NCBI GenBank assembly: GCA_044376115.1
Contig: JBILLK010000005.1
Span: 32,001 to 96,000, forward strand
Reading direction: 5' to 3'
From: Polyangiaceae bacterium
Lineage (GTDB): Bacteria; Myxococcota_A; Polyangia; Polyangiales; Polyangiaceae
Length of the DNA stretch: 64,000 bases
Shown here: positions 51,525 to 60,633 of the stretch, one piece after another
How the letters are laid out: the number at the start of each line of letters is the position of its first letter
How positions within the stretch are numbered: position 1 is the first letter of the stretch
The notes under the pieces: model-generated
Told to the model about the DNA's origin: nothing
What the model saw: the letters and a program-made list of their open reading frames with translations, nothing else
Database searches by the model: none
Made by a program: the position numbers and the translations under genes

Positions 51525-53210
51525 ATGGCAAACTTTCTTTCCACGTTTCGCGAGCTGGGTCGCTTGCGCCAGATCTACGTCGTTCTGGTGCGCCACGGCT
51601 TCGCAGACGTCGCGCGCAGGCTAGGTCTTGGGGCGAAGTCGAAGGGGGCATCAGAGCCCCCTCAAAGTGGTGAAGACCCTGAGTTGGCTCAAGCAGAAGC
51701 GCGGGGCAAAGAGGAAGCGAAGAGCCCGCTCGCTGAGCGTGTGCGTCTCGTCGCGATGGATCTTGGCCCGTCCTTCGTAAAACTGGGCCAAATCGCCTCG
51801 ACCCGTACCGACCTGTTGCCGAGTGAATGGACTGTCGAACTGAAGAAGCTTCAAGACGAAGTTTCGCCACTACCGTTCGAGAAGATCGCCGAAGCGATCG
51901 AAGCCTCACTTGGAGCCCCTCTCGACACATTCTACGAAGCAATTGAGGAGAAGCCGCTCGCTGCCGCCTCGATCGGTCAGGTACATCGTGCGCGCCTCAA
52001 GTCGGAGGAGAGCGCGGTCGATGTCGTCATCAAGGTCCAACGCCCAGGTATTCGGGCTACTGTTACCAGTGACCTGGACCTCCTCCATCATCTGGCGCGT
52101 CTTGTCGAACGCACCATTCCCGAGTCCGGAACCTACAATCCTGTAGGGCTCGTTGAGCAGTTTGACCGCGCTATCACTGCGGAGCTCGACTTCACCCTCG
52201 AGGCCGATAACGCGCTGCGCTTCCGCAAGAACTTTGAGGGGCACCCCGAGGTGCGATTCCCGTTTCCGTATAAGCAGGCAAGCTCAAAGTCCGTCCTGAC
52301 GCTCGAGCTCCTTCCGGGCAAGAAAGTTTATGACGCTATCGCGCAGGAAGGCTTCTCGGGAGAGAAGATCGCAAAGACGGCCGTTGGCGTCGTGATCAAG
52401 ATGATCTTCGAGGATGGGTTCTTTCACGCGGACCCTCACCCCGGCAACATTCTTATTTCCGGAACGCCCGAGAGTCCAGTCTTCGGGCTGATTGATCTCG
52501 GCATGGTCGGCCGCCTTTCGCCAGAGATGCGAGATAGGTGTGTAGACTTGATGGTCGGAGCAGGTCGCAATGACCATATTGCTATAGCAGATGCTCTCTA
52601 TGCCATGGGCACACCGACGCGCCGCGTCGACATGCGTGCCTACCGCGCTGAGGTGGGGATGCTGAGCGAAAAGTACCTCAACAAGCCGCTTCGCGAGATT
52701 GCACTTTCATCCATGATTTCTGACCTCCTCGGTGGAGCCAAGAAGTTTGGACTCGAGATACCACCCGACTTTCTCCTGGTGGGTAAGGCGCTCATGACTA
52801 TCGAGGGCGTGGGTAAGGAAATCTATCCCGACCTGGATGTATTGACCGAGTCGAAGCCCTACTTTGTTGAACTATTGAAGAAGCGCTATTCACCGCAGCG
52901 AATTGGCAACGATCTCCTTCGCGGCGTTGAGAGGCTTGGACAATCAACCTATGATCTGCCGCAGCTGGCGCGAGAAGTGCTCGAGGACCTTAGGCTGGGT
53001 AGATTGAGCGTCTCGACCGTGGATACGCGCTTACCTGGCGCACTTGACCGCTTCGGACGCAGAGTCTTCAGCGGCCTTGTCGGAGGCGCGCTCGCAGTCT
53101 CGGGGTCCTGGCTGGTCACGTCTGGAAGTGGGACCGCGGGCTACGTGTTGCTCGGCCTTGCCTTGGTGTTCGTGACCATTCACCTTGGTCTCGACCTGAC
53201 CCGCAAATGA
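51525..53210 (+). CDS. ABC1/AarF/UbiB family atypical kinase
   Basis: LGPSFVKLGQ, AAASIGQVH, KVQRP, ELDF..EA, FFHADPHPGN, IDLGMVG; C-terminal TM helices. Confidence 0.93.
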   Translation: MANFLSTFRELGRLRQIYVVLVRHGFADVARRLGLGAKSKGASEPPQSGEDPELAQAEARGKEEAKSPLAERVRLVAMDLGPSFVKLGQIASTRTDLLPSEWTVELKKLQDEVSPLPFEKIAEAIEASLGAPLDTFYEAIEEKPLAAASIGQVHRARLKSEESAVDVVIKVQRPGIRATVTSDLDLLHHLARLVERTIPESGTYNPVGLVEQFDRAITAELDFTLEADNALRFRKNFEGHPEVRFPFPYKQASSKSVLTLELLPGKKVYDAIAQEGFSGEKIAKTAVGVVIKMIFEDGFFHADPHPGNILISGTPESPVFGLIDLGMVGRLSPEMRDRCVDLMVGAGRNDHIAIADALYAMGTPTRRVDMRAYRAEVGMLSEKYLNKPLREIALSSMISDLLGGAKKFGLEIPPDFLLVGKALMTIEGVGKEIYPDLDVLTESKPYFVELLKKRYSPQRIGNDLLRGVERLGQSTYDLPQLAREVLEDLRLGRLSVSTVDTRLPGALDRFGRRVFSGLVGGALAVSGSWLVTSGSGTAGYVLLGLALVFVTIHLGLDLTRK

Positions 53211-53227
53211 GCTACTGAGTCAGCGAC

Positions 53228-53668
53228 TTAGGTGCCGAAGTTTCGAGTTTTTACGCTTTCGAGCAAGGCCTCCATCCAGGAGTCGCAATAGTCTGCGCGG
53301 GCTACCGCGCAGATGGCGTGGAAGCCAACCCGAGTATGGCCCATTAGCGTGTGGAACTCATGATGGTAGATTGGCCCTTCAGACTTGTCGATAAAACGCA
53401 GCCGAACCTCAATCCCGTGTAGCGCTGGATACTCGCGCTCTCTCGCCGAGAGGACACTGAATGCTCGCAAGGAGCGACGCTGCTCCGTGAGTCCGTTTTC
53501 TACCGCGGTTCGCAGCGGTTGGCCCTCAATCACGGGTGTACGCGCGATAACCAGGTCGAGCGTCGAGCCGTCCTCCGTGGTGATCTCCAGAAACTGCCTT
53601 GAGTGGTCGACGAGCCTCTCCACTTCTGGCAGAGCGAACATTGCTTCATTGAAGTGATAGGAAGTCAT
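53228..53668 (-). CDS. DUF1795/DcrB-like (Eag-type) T6SS chaperone/adaptor
   Basis: 'YHFNEA.F.LP...D.S', 'LVIAR.P...G..L...V...L' pattern; 146 aa; last gene of the vgrG operon. Confidence 0.7.
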   Translation of the reverse strand: MTSYHFNEAMFALPEVERLVDHSRQFLEITTEDGSTLDLVIARTPVIEGQPLRTAVENGLTEQRRSLRAFSVLSAREREYPALHGIEVRLRFIDKSEGPIYHHEFHTLMGHTRVGFHAICAVARADYCDSWMEALLESVKTRNFGT

Positions 53669-53680
53669 AGCTCTCCAGCG

Positions 53681-54607
53681 TCATGAAGAAGTCAGGGATT
53701 GCGGCGTGCGTGCGTCCAGCTGAATGAGGCAGCCGCTAGGATCATTTCCGGTCAACTGTGATGAGGTGGTGGCGACCACGACTTGATTGTCGCCTCCAAG
53801 TTGCTGGAGCCCCGCTACAAAGTCTTGCGTGTCATGTCGATACAATTCGGGGCGGTCAACCAGGATGATGGAGTTAGACAAGACGACGAGGCTCGCAGTC
53901 GCGGCGATCAGTACTGCATCAGCTTCGCTGGAAGAGAGTTCAAGCAAACTGCGAGCGGTGAGGTTGCGTGAATACAGCTTCTGCGAGTCAACATCGTAGC
54001 TGCAGGTCGTTTGTAAATCTTTGAGGGCTTGAGCAAAGCGCGCGGCTCGCTCACTGTTCGTAGGTAGCGAACTCATGAAGCTCGAGACAAAGGCATACTT
54101 GCGAGGGCTCTTGCTCGTGCGGAACGGCTGCTGTGTCTCGGGATCGAGCGACATGTCGCCACCACCGACGTCAAGCCGGCGATTCTCGGCAAAGTACTCG
54201 AGCTTGCTGGTACTGGCGGTGTGGTCATACCGTTCAATTAGGTAGATGAGCCCTGGGTCTGTTTGGTCGGGCGCCGCTACGGTTGGGTCGGCACCAAAGA
54301 TCACCTCGGCTTGGACGTCTCTCGACTCCGCACCGATGAGAGTCTGCTCGGCTTCATTGAGGTAGAAGGACAGAATGGCCTTTGCCGAGCGACTTCCGGC
54401 TCGTACGAACGATTCCTGATCAAAGTCCTCCGTCTCGGGGGCTAACACCTCACGTGCTGCCGCAATAACCTCCAAGAGACGCGTTTTGCCCGTTGCCTCT
54501 TCCCCTGTAATGACCACTAGCGAGTGTGGCTTTTCGCCGTTCCAAAAGTCGTAGGTCCCATCCGGAACACCCAGCACGCCACTGGTCTGAACGCTGCGGA
54601 GTTTCAT
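53681..54607 (-). CDS. ABC-superfamily (AAA_21/AAA_15-like) ATPase, degenerate catalytic motifs, copy 2
   Basis: GEEATGKT, EYFAENR, LSSSE, ILVDRPELY, QVVVATTS. Confidence 0.8.
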   Translation of the reverse strand: MKLRSVQTSGVLGVPDGTYDFWNGEKPHSLVVITGEEATGKTRLLEVIAAAREVLAPETEDFDQESFVRAGSRSAKAILSFYLNEAEQTLIGAESRDVQAEVIFGADPTVAAPDQTDPGLIYLIERYDHTASTSKLEYFAENRRLDVGGGDMSLDPETQQPFRTSKSPRKYAFVSSFMSSLPTNSERAARFAQALKDLQTTCSYDVDSQKLYSRNLTARSLLELSSSEADAVLIAATASLVVLSNSIILVDRPELYRHDTQDFVAGLQQLGGDNQVVVATTSSQLTGNDPSGCLIQLDARTPQSLTSS

Positions 54608-55527
54608 TGTTGCAGCTCGAGGGTAAGTAGCTGGGCCTTGGTCACGCTGGTACTAACCAACGGGCTGGCTGTTGCGATCAGCCACTGATTGTTGCGTCCC
54701 AGTTTGGCGAGGCCGGCGAGCCAAAGCCCGAGCCTCCTGGGGTGGACGTAAAGTTCCGGTCGATCTAGAAAAACAATGGAGTGATGCAGCGCAATGTTGA
54801 TTGCTGTTGCAGCAATGAGGACAGCATCCGTCTCCGATGCGGAGAGCTGGCTGAAGAACACAGGCTCTCCGAAGCGGTTCTTAAAGTAGGTGTCGTCATC
54901 CTGGTCATCCGGCTCTTTGACCCGGATGGTTGCGGACAGCGCTCCGACTGCGTCAGCAAACGCGCGAGTCTTGGCCGCATCGCCGCGTAGTGAGGTGAGA
55001 AAGCGTGGTAAAAAGCTAAACTTCTGAGGATCTTTGCTAAGCCGTAGGAGACTTTGCTCAAGTGCGCCTAGCCCGTCCGAACGTGCCCCCCACGCGCGCT
55101 GGCGGTTCTCAGGGAGGTACTCGAACTTGCCGCTGTTTGGTACGTGTTCGTAGCGCTCGAGGAGCCGGACGAGGCCGCGGTCTGCCTCGGACCCCAGCCC
55201 TTGAGATGTCCATCGTGCAAGCACACGAGCGGGACTACCAGCATTCGGTGCAGCGAGCCGTTCCTCCTCGTTGAGCGAGAATGATAGCTCTACGTGCGCA
55301 CCTTTCTTCTCGTCCCGCATCCAATCGCTAGGCCTCACCATCCCGACGTAGGGCCCAACCGTCTCCTTTGCCGCGATGATCGCTTCCAGCAGCCGTGTCT
55401 TCCCGGAACCGCTGGGCCCAAAAAGGACAAAGCTGTCGTAGGGCTCACTCGTCCCTCCGGCCTGGAGTGAGAAGGAGAGATCTGGAAGGCCGCGGATCCC
55501 TCCTACTGCGACGTGGGCAAGCTTCAT
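54604..55527 (-). CDS. ABC-superfamily (AAA_21/AAA_15-like) ATPase, degenerate catalytic motifs, copy 1
   Basis: 'GIRG' N-terminus, GPSGSGKT, EYLPENR, LSASE, VFLDRPELYVHP, QWLIATASP. Confidence 0.85.
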   Translation of the reverse strand: MKLAHVAVGGIRGLPDLSFSLQAGGTSEPYDSFVLFGPSGSGKTRLLEAIIAAKETVGPYVGMVRPSDWMRDEKKGAHVELSFSLNEEERLAAPNAGSPARVLARWTSQGLGSEADRGLVRLLERYEHVPNSGKFEYLPENRQRAWGARSDGLGALEQSLLRLSKDPQKFSFLPRFLTSLRGDAAKTRAFADAVGALSATIRVKEPDDQDDDTYFKNRFGEPVFFSQLSASETDAVLIAATAINIALHHSIVFLDRPELYVHPRRLGLWLAGLAKLGRNNQWLIATASPLVSTSVTKAQLLTLELQQ

Positions 55528-55531
55528 TGGG

Positions 55532-57433
55532 TCAGGAGTTAGGCTTTTGGCTTGGTGTAACGTCGGGGTTCACGAGCACGGTCTTTGCGTGAATGACGAT
55601 CTTGTCCTTGTCCATATAGATGAGGGAGTTGCCAACGGTAAGGTTGATGGTCTCCTCGCTCGAGATCGCGTGTGATTTGGCCTGCGATATCATGTTGCCG
55701 ACGGTCTTGAGTAGCCGCTCTTTGCCAACGATCGATAACAGGCTATCGAAGACGCGCGAAAGCTTGTCCTTGCCGACGGACTCGCGTTGGACCCCGGCAA
55801 CTTTTTCCTCGTCGTCGCGTTCGATGGACATGCTGCGGTCGCGGCCCACCGAGAGCGACTTGTCGTTGTTGACGCGCGTCTTCATGTCCTTTTCGGCGCG
55901 ACCTTCGACCAGTTCCTCCCCAGCCGTGTCGACGAATCGAAGCAGGCTGTAACCCCCAGTATCCGGGACGCTCTTGCTGCGGAAGCCGCTCTCGTTCTTT
56001 GCTTGGGGCAATGAGAAGGGTGGCCGCTTTAGGTTGTTGAATACCCGGCCAACCACCACAGGCTCCTCAGGGTTACCGCCCAGGAAGGACACAATGACCT
56101 CTTGCCCAATGCGCGGTAGATTGACCATGCCAAAACCCTCACCTGCCCAGGGTTGGTTGACCGGGATCCAGCAGGATGAGTACTCATTCATTTGCCCGTA
56201 GCGGTCCCAATGGAACTGAACTCGAATCCGACCAAACTCATCGCAGTGGATGGTCTCGCCGGGGGGGCCAACGACAGTCGCGGATTCAACACCGGCAATG
56301 CTCGGAATAGGGGTGTTGACGGCCGGGTGATATGCGGCCTCGGCGCTTACCGCTTCAACCGAGATCGCCACCTCGGAGTCGTGGGAGCCAGTGAGTCGAA
56401 CCTTCTCCAGTAATAGCGCCTTGAAGCGCTCTGCTGTAGGGTGCCCAACGATTGAGAGCACGGTACCCGCTCGCAGATCGAGCGAATTGGAGCTGAAAGC
56501 AATACGCTGAGATCGTGCCACCTTTGCCGCTGCATCTCGCCCGGCGATGCGTGCCGCCTCGTCAGGGTCTGAGCGCGAGCGACCACGATCGTCTGCGGTC
56601 GGGGTGTCCTTGGGACCGCCATTACCGAACTTGAATGCACCCGGCACGTACTTGAAGGTTTCAAGCCGGGACTCGAGCGGATGCCCGCTGGAACTAGCCT
56701 GTCCCAAGAGCGGCTCATTCGGAAGGCGAGGATCGTGGTCAGCGAAGGTTGTGCGGCCCGAGCGAATACGCCGCTGAGTGCGTAGGCCAGTCGCATAGAG
56801 CTGGCCCGTGGTCGGCTCGCCAACATGTTGTAGTGGAACCGGCCGTGGCTCGACCCTCTCGGGAGCGTCACGCAGAATGATCGTGGTTGTGGACTCCCGC
56901 TGTTCAAGTACGTAGCTAATCCCGGCTGCTTCAAGCAGCCGACAAACGAACGCGTAGTCGCTCTCCTGATACTGCACGCGATACTTGCGTGTCTTGTAGC
57001 TGCCCGAGCACGCGTTTTCATACGGGAGGGCCCACTCGTCGAAGAGCGCTTTGACGATGTCTAGATCGGACATCTGCTGAAAGACTCTGCAGTTCGTTCG
57101 TTGCGTGAGGAGCCAAAAACTGGGAACCAGTCGCAGCTGATAGGTGGAAAGACCTTCGTCTTCGGAGGCGAGCTGTTCGATATCCGCGACGATGCCCGAC
57201 CATAGGGGAGCCGGCGCATCGCCGTAGGCACCCACCAGCGTTTCAATCCGGAAGGCCGCCGACTTCCCGATGGCTTCCTCGAGGTCAACGGCAGGGTTGC
57301 TGCAACGCGCCACAATATCGACGGAGAAAAGCGAGTTGAGGCCCTCAGTGACCTCAAAACTGCGTACGTCGAAGGTGTCCGCTAGATCTGCGAAGAGCTG
57401 GAGGTTCTGGGGTCGCGCGAGGAGCGAGGTCAT
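55532..57433 (-). CDS. vgrG: Type VI secretion spike protein VgrG (TssI)
   Basis: EGLNSLF, RVFQ, YRVQYQESDYAFVCRLLE..GI, DEFGRIRVQFHWDR, SCWI.V.QPWAG, LPRIGQEVIVSFL.G.P, AEKDM; no C-terminal effector extension. Confidence 0.96.
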   Translation of the reverse strand: MTSLLARPQNLQLFADLADTFDVRSFEVTEGLNSLFSVDIVARCSNPAVDLEEAIGKSAAFRIETLVGAYGDAPAPLWSGIVADIEQLASEDEGLSTYQLRLVPSFWLLTQRTNCRVFQQMSDLDIVKALFDEWALPYENACSGSYKTRKYRVQYQESDYAFVCRLLEAAGISYVLEQRESTTTIILRDAPERVEPRPVPLQHVGEPTTGQLYATGLRTQRRIRSGRTTFADHDPRLPNEPLLGQASSSGHPLESRLETFKYVPGAFKFGNGGPKDTPTADDRGRSRSDPDEAARIAGRDAAAKVARSQRIAFSSNSLDLRAGTVLSIVGHPTAERFKALLLEKVRLTGSHDSEVAISVEAVSAEAAYHPAVNTPIPSIAGVESATVVGPPGETIHCDEFGRIRVQFHWDRYGQMNEYSSCWIPVNQPWAGEGFGMVNLPRIGQEVIVSFLGGNPEEPVVVGRVFNNLKRPPFSLPQAKNESGFRSKSVPDTGGYSLLRFVDTAGEELVEGRAEKDMKTRVNNDKSLSVGRDRSMSIERDDEEKVAGVQRESVGKDKLSRVFDSLLSIVGKERLLKTVGNMISQAKSHAISSEETINLTVGNSLIYMDKDKIVIHAKTVLVNPDVTPSQKPNS

Positions 57434-57444
57434 AACGAGGTATT

Positions 57445-57460
57445 GGCAAGTCGCGTGCCT
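57445..57460 (-). promoter_or_regulatory. Putative sigma54 (-24/-12) promoter of vgrG
   Basis: Minus strand reads AGGCACGCGACTTGCC, matching GGCACG-N4-TTGC with exact GG-N10-GC spacing. Confidence 0.65.
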
Positions 57461-57616
57461 CAGCCCACTAGCGTACGCGAGGCAGACGTAAGGTTCTTGC
57501 TCTGCACGTATTGTGCAAGAGCTGATCTTCCGGATGACCAGTCAGGGCGTGATGGGCCTCTTCCGCTCGGGAAAGCCACCTGACCTACATCGTCTACATT
57601 TACGAGAGTATCGACC

Positions 57617-58414
57617 ATGGACGATCTGAATCCCACCACCCCCCCAGCGGACACCAAGCCAGCGGAAGCGGCACCCGAGACTCCCGATGACGGGTTCAGT
57701 TCATCGAAGTCCCGTTTCATTGCGGCTTGGGAGGTTGCCGGCGGCGACGAGAAGGCCATTCGCTCTCGCTTCAATCCGTTACCGCACTGGCCCAAAGGTT
57801 ACTCAGGCCTGACGGTCGGTATGGGCTACGACCTCAAGTATCAGACTCAAGAGGGCTTCAAGAAGGATTGGGGTGGCCATCTAACGCCGGAACAGCTCGA
57901 CAAACTCGATGACTACGTCCCCTCAATCAACGCGAAGGGGAAGAAGGTCCCGCCCAAAAAGAAGGCGAACAAGGCCGCCGTTGTCGCGACGAAGGACATC
58001 GACATTCAGTACAAGGCCGCGGTGAAGGTGTACGAGGACGTCACCATTCCGAAGTTCGAGGCTAAGGTGGAGAAGATATTCCCTGGCTACGGCCAGATGG
58101 ACCCTTACTCTCAAGCCGTTATTCTTTCCGTCGTCTACAACCGCGGTGATTCGATGGGCAAGAAGAAGTCCTTGCGCCGCAAACACTTCATGCAGATCCG
58201 CGAGGCCGTAGTTAAGAAGGACGTGAAAGCCATCGCTGCGGCCGTTCGTGCGATGAAGGTTGAACATACCAACAAGGCCAACAAGAAGGGCCTCCACAAT
58301 CGCCGCGACGGTGAAGCCAACTATCTTGAGCAGAATTACCAAGCCGCCCAGGATTGGTATGCAAAGCAACCGGTAGCGCAGCCGGCGGCAGTGCCGCCGA
58401 CCACTACGCCCTAA
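57617..58414 (+). CDS. Lysozyme-fold muramidase (pesticin C-terminal / GH24-like), no signal peptide
   Basis: 'WE...HWPKGYSGLTVGMGYDL', 'ILSVVYNRG', 'GLHNRRDGEA'. Confidence 0.72.
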   Translation: MDDLNPTTPPADTKPAEAAPETPDDGFSSSKSRFIAAWEVAGGDEKAIRSRFNPLPHWPKGYSGLTVGMGYDLKYQTQEGFKKDWGGHLTPEQLDKLDDYVPSINAKGKKVPPKKKANKAAVVATKDIDIQYKAAVKVYEDVTIPKFEAKVEKIFPGYGQMDPYSQAVILSVVYNRGDSMGKKKSLRRKHFMQIREAVVKKDVKAIAAAVRAMKVEHTNKANKKGLHNRRDGEANYLEQNYQAAQDWYAKQPVAQPAAVPPTTTP

Positions 58415-58421
58415 TAGGGTA

Positions 58422-59195
58422 TCAGCTGCCCTTGGCGCCCAATCGAGCGGCCGCGTAGCCAACGAAGAAGGGCCCCATTTGCGAGATGTACTCTGACGTT
58501 TGGCGTGTCTTGCGCATCGACTGAACTACGTGGGAGAGCGGGTGTAAGTCCTGGCCGATTAGTCCGACCACGAACTCATTGTCCGATGCGTCGAGGCCAT
58601 GGCAGGCGAGGCGGACATCATGCGCCAAATCTTGCGAGCCATAAGCGCGACCGATGATGGCGTGCTCGCGAAGAATGCTTGCCTGCTCTCGGCCGTCAAG
58701 TTTGGCAAACGCGCCGGTGCGGCGAAGAGGGTACCAAACGTGCCATGGCCACGCGGGATTCTCCATGACGGACATCGGGCGGTCGAGCAGCCAGAAGCCC
58801 AGGTCTTGCTCATACCCTTGCGAGTATGTTCGGCCGAGCATGTTGTGATCGATGCGCTGAACGAGCCCGGGCAGGCTGAGAATCGCTGGTCGCACGTGTG
58901 CGACGAAGGTCGACGGATCGTCCGAGAAGGTGAGAACACCGATTCCGCGTGGAGCGTTTACATCTTGGTAAATGACTCCCCGCACCGAGCGCGAATCGAG
59001 CGCGGTCTTGAGCTGCTCAATCGCGTGGTCCGGATTCAAGCTGCTGTCACAATCGAAAACGAGCAGCTGGACGAATAGCCGCTTGTTCATGGTCTGCGGC
59101 GAGCCGTCGGCGCCTTTGGCCCCACGCTCGTTCACGTCCACTTTCGGGATCTCTTCAGCTTCGTTTCGCTCTTTGGGTGCGTGCGGTTCCGTCAT
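58422..59195 (-). CDS. Chlorite dismutase family protein, coproheme decarboxylase (ChdC/HemQ)-like
   Basis: 'WYPLRR', 'ILREHAIIGRAY', 'GLD...EFVV', 'MRKT', 'GPFFVG'. Confidence 0.82.
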   Translation of the reverse strand: MTEPHAPKERNEAEEIPKVDVNERGAKGADGSPQTMNKRLFVQLLVFDCDSSLNPDHAIEQLKTALDSRSVRGVIYQDVNAPRGIGVLTFSDDPSTFVAHVRPAILSLPGLVQRIDHNMLGRTYSQGYEQDLGFWLLDRPMSVMENPAWPWHVWYPLRRTGAFAKLDGREQASILREHAIIGRAYGSQDLAHDVRLACHGLDASDNEFVVGLIGQDLHPLSHVVQSMRKTRQTSEYISQMGPFFVGYAAARLGAKGS

Positions 59196-59301
59196 GAGGT
59201 CCTCCGGCGCGAACATCGCCGCGCGGGTCGATGAAGGCAAGGTTCTTATCGTCGCTCGGCCGCCTTGCTTCTCGGCCCGGGACGCACGATAAGTCCGCGT
59301 G

Positions 59302-60585
59302 ATGGCCAGTTCTGTTGTTGTGGTGGGCGCGCAGTGGGGGGACGAGGGCAAGGGTAAGGTCGTCGACCTCGTGGCGGAGCACGCCGACGTCGTTGTTCGC
59401 TATGCAGGTGGACCCAACGCGGGGCACACGTTGGTCGTTGGAGACCAGAAGGTCATCCTTAGGCTCGTTCCAAGCGGGATTCTGCAGCCACACACCTTGT
59501 GTTTGATGGGCGAGGGCATGGTGATTGACCCGTTGGTATTGGTAGCGGAGATCGCTGCCCTCGAAGCCAAGGGGATTTCGGTGCGAGGGCGATTGCTCCT
59601 GAGCCCACGAGCCCACGTGATTTTGCCGCAGCACGTAGTGATTGACGGACTGCGTGAGAGTGGGGCCGGCGCTAAAGCGATCGGTACGACCAAACGTGGT
59701 ATCGGGCCTGCGTACGAGGACAAAGCGGGACGCCGCGGCGTGCGGGTCCTCGACCTTGTTGATCCGGCTTTGCTGCGTCCGCGTGTGGAAGCGCAGCTTG
59801 CGGCTTGGGAACCAACGGCAAAGGCGTTGGGGGGGGAATTGCCCTCGCTCGCCGCCGTGCTCGAGTCAGTCCGCAGCGCCGCAGAGATTCTAGCGGGGTT
59901 GATTGGGGATACCAGCGAGCGTCTCGATGGCGAGCTTCGCCGCGGAAAGCGCGCACTCTTGGAGGGCGCGCAGGGCACGCTGCTCGATCTCGACCACGGA
60001 ACTTATCCGTATGTCACCTCGTCTTCGGCCGTGGCGGGTGGGGCCTGTACTGGGGCTGGGATTGGTCCGAGTCGAATCGGCCGTGTGCTCGGCATCACGA
60101 AGGCTTACGCGACCCGCGTTGGCGCGGGCCCGTTCCCCACCGAGTTGCACGACGCCACGGGCGAAACGATCCGAACCAACGGCGGTGAGTTTGGGAGTGT
60201 GACAGGTAGACCCAGGCGCACGGGGTGGATCGACTTGCCCGCGCTTCGCTTCGCCGCAAGGGTCAACGGCGTCGATGGCTGGGCTGTCACGAAGCTGGAT
60301 GTACTCACCGGACTGCCGGTCGTGCGTGTTTGCACCGAATATGAGACTGCCTCCGGGCGGACGCGCAATCTGCCGGCCGACGATCTTTCTGAAGTGAAGC
60401 CGATCTTTCGTGAACTCGCGGGTTGGCAAGGTGCGCTTGGCGGCGCGCGGTCGCTCGCTGAACTCCCAGCCAATGCGCGCGCACTGCTCGCGTTGATTGA
60501 GTCAGAGACGGAGGTTCCGATCGACTTGGTCAGCGTGGGGCCGAAGCGCGATGAAACGATCATTGTGCGTCCCGCGTTCGGCTAA
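59302..60585 (+). CDS. purA: Adenylosuccinate synthetase
   Basis: GAQWGDEGKGK, NAGHT, IGTTKRGIGPAY, EGAQG, TGRPRRTGW, TKLDVL. Confidence 0.97.
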   Translation: MASSVVVVGAQWGDEGKGKVVDLVAEHADVVVRYAGGPNAGHTLVVGDQKVILRLVPSGILQPHTLCLMGEGMVIDPLVLVAEIAALEAKGISVRGRLLLSPRAHVILPQHVVIDGLRESGAGAKAIGTTKRGIGPAYEDKAGRRGVRVLDLVDPALLRPRVEAQLAAWEPTAKALGGELPSLAAVLESVRSAAEILAGLIGDTSERLDGELRRGKRALLEGAQGTLLDLDHGTYPYVTSSSAVAGGACTGAGIGPSRIGRVLGITKAYATRVGAGPFPTELHDATGETIRTNGGEFGSVTGRPRRTGWIDLPALRFAARVNGVDGWAVTKLDVLTGLPVVRVCTEYETASGRTRNLPADDLSEVKPIFRELAGWQGALGGARSLAELPANARALLALIESETEVPIDLVSVGPKRDETIIVRPAFG

Positions 60586-60633
60586 CAAGGCTTGGCTAGC
60601 CGAAGGGCTCGTCCCTGGTAGACTGCGGGTCCG

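Noticed and set aside
53228..58414. vgrG region as a prophage remnant or an anti-phage ATPase-nuclease system
   Set aside because: No integrase, capsid, tail or holin genes, and no HNH, TOPRIM or RloB partner beside the ATPases. The VgrG motifs are T6SS-type.
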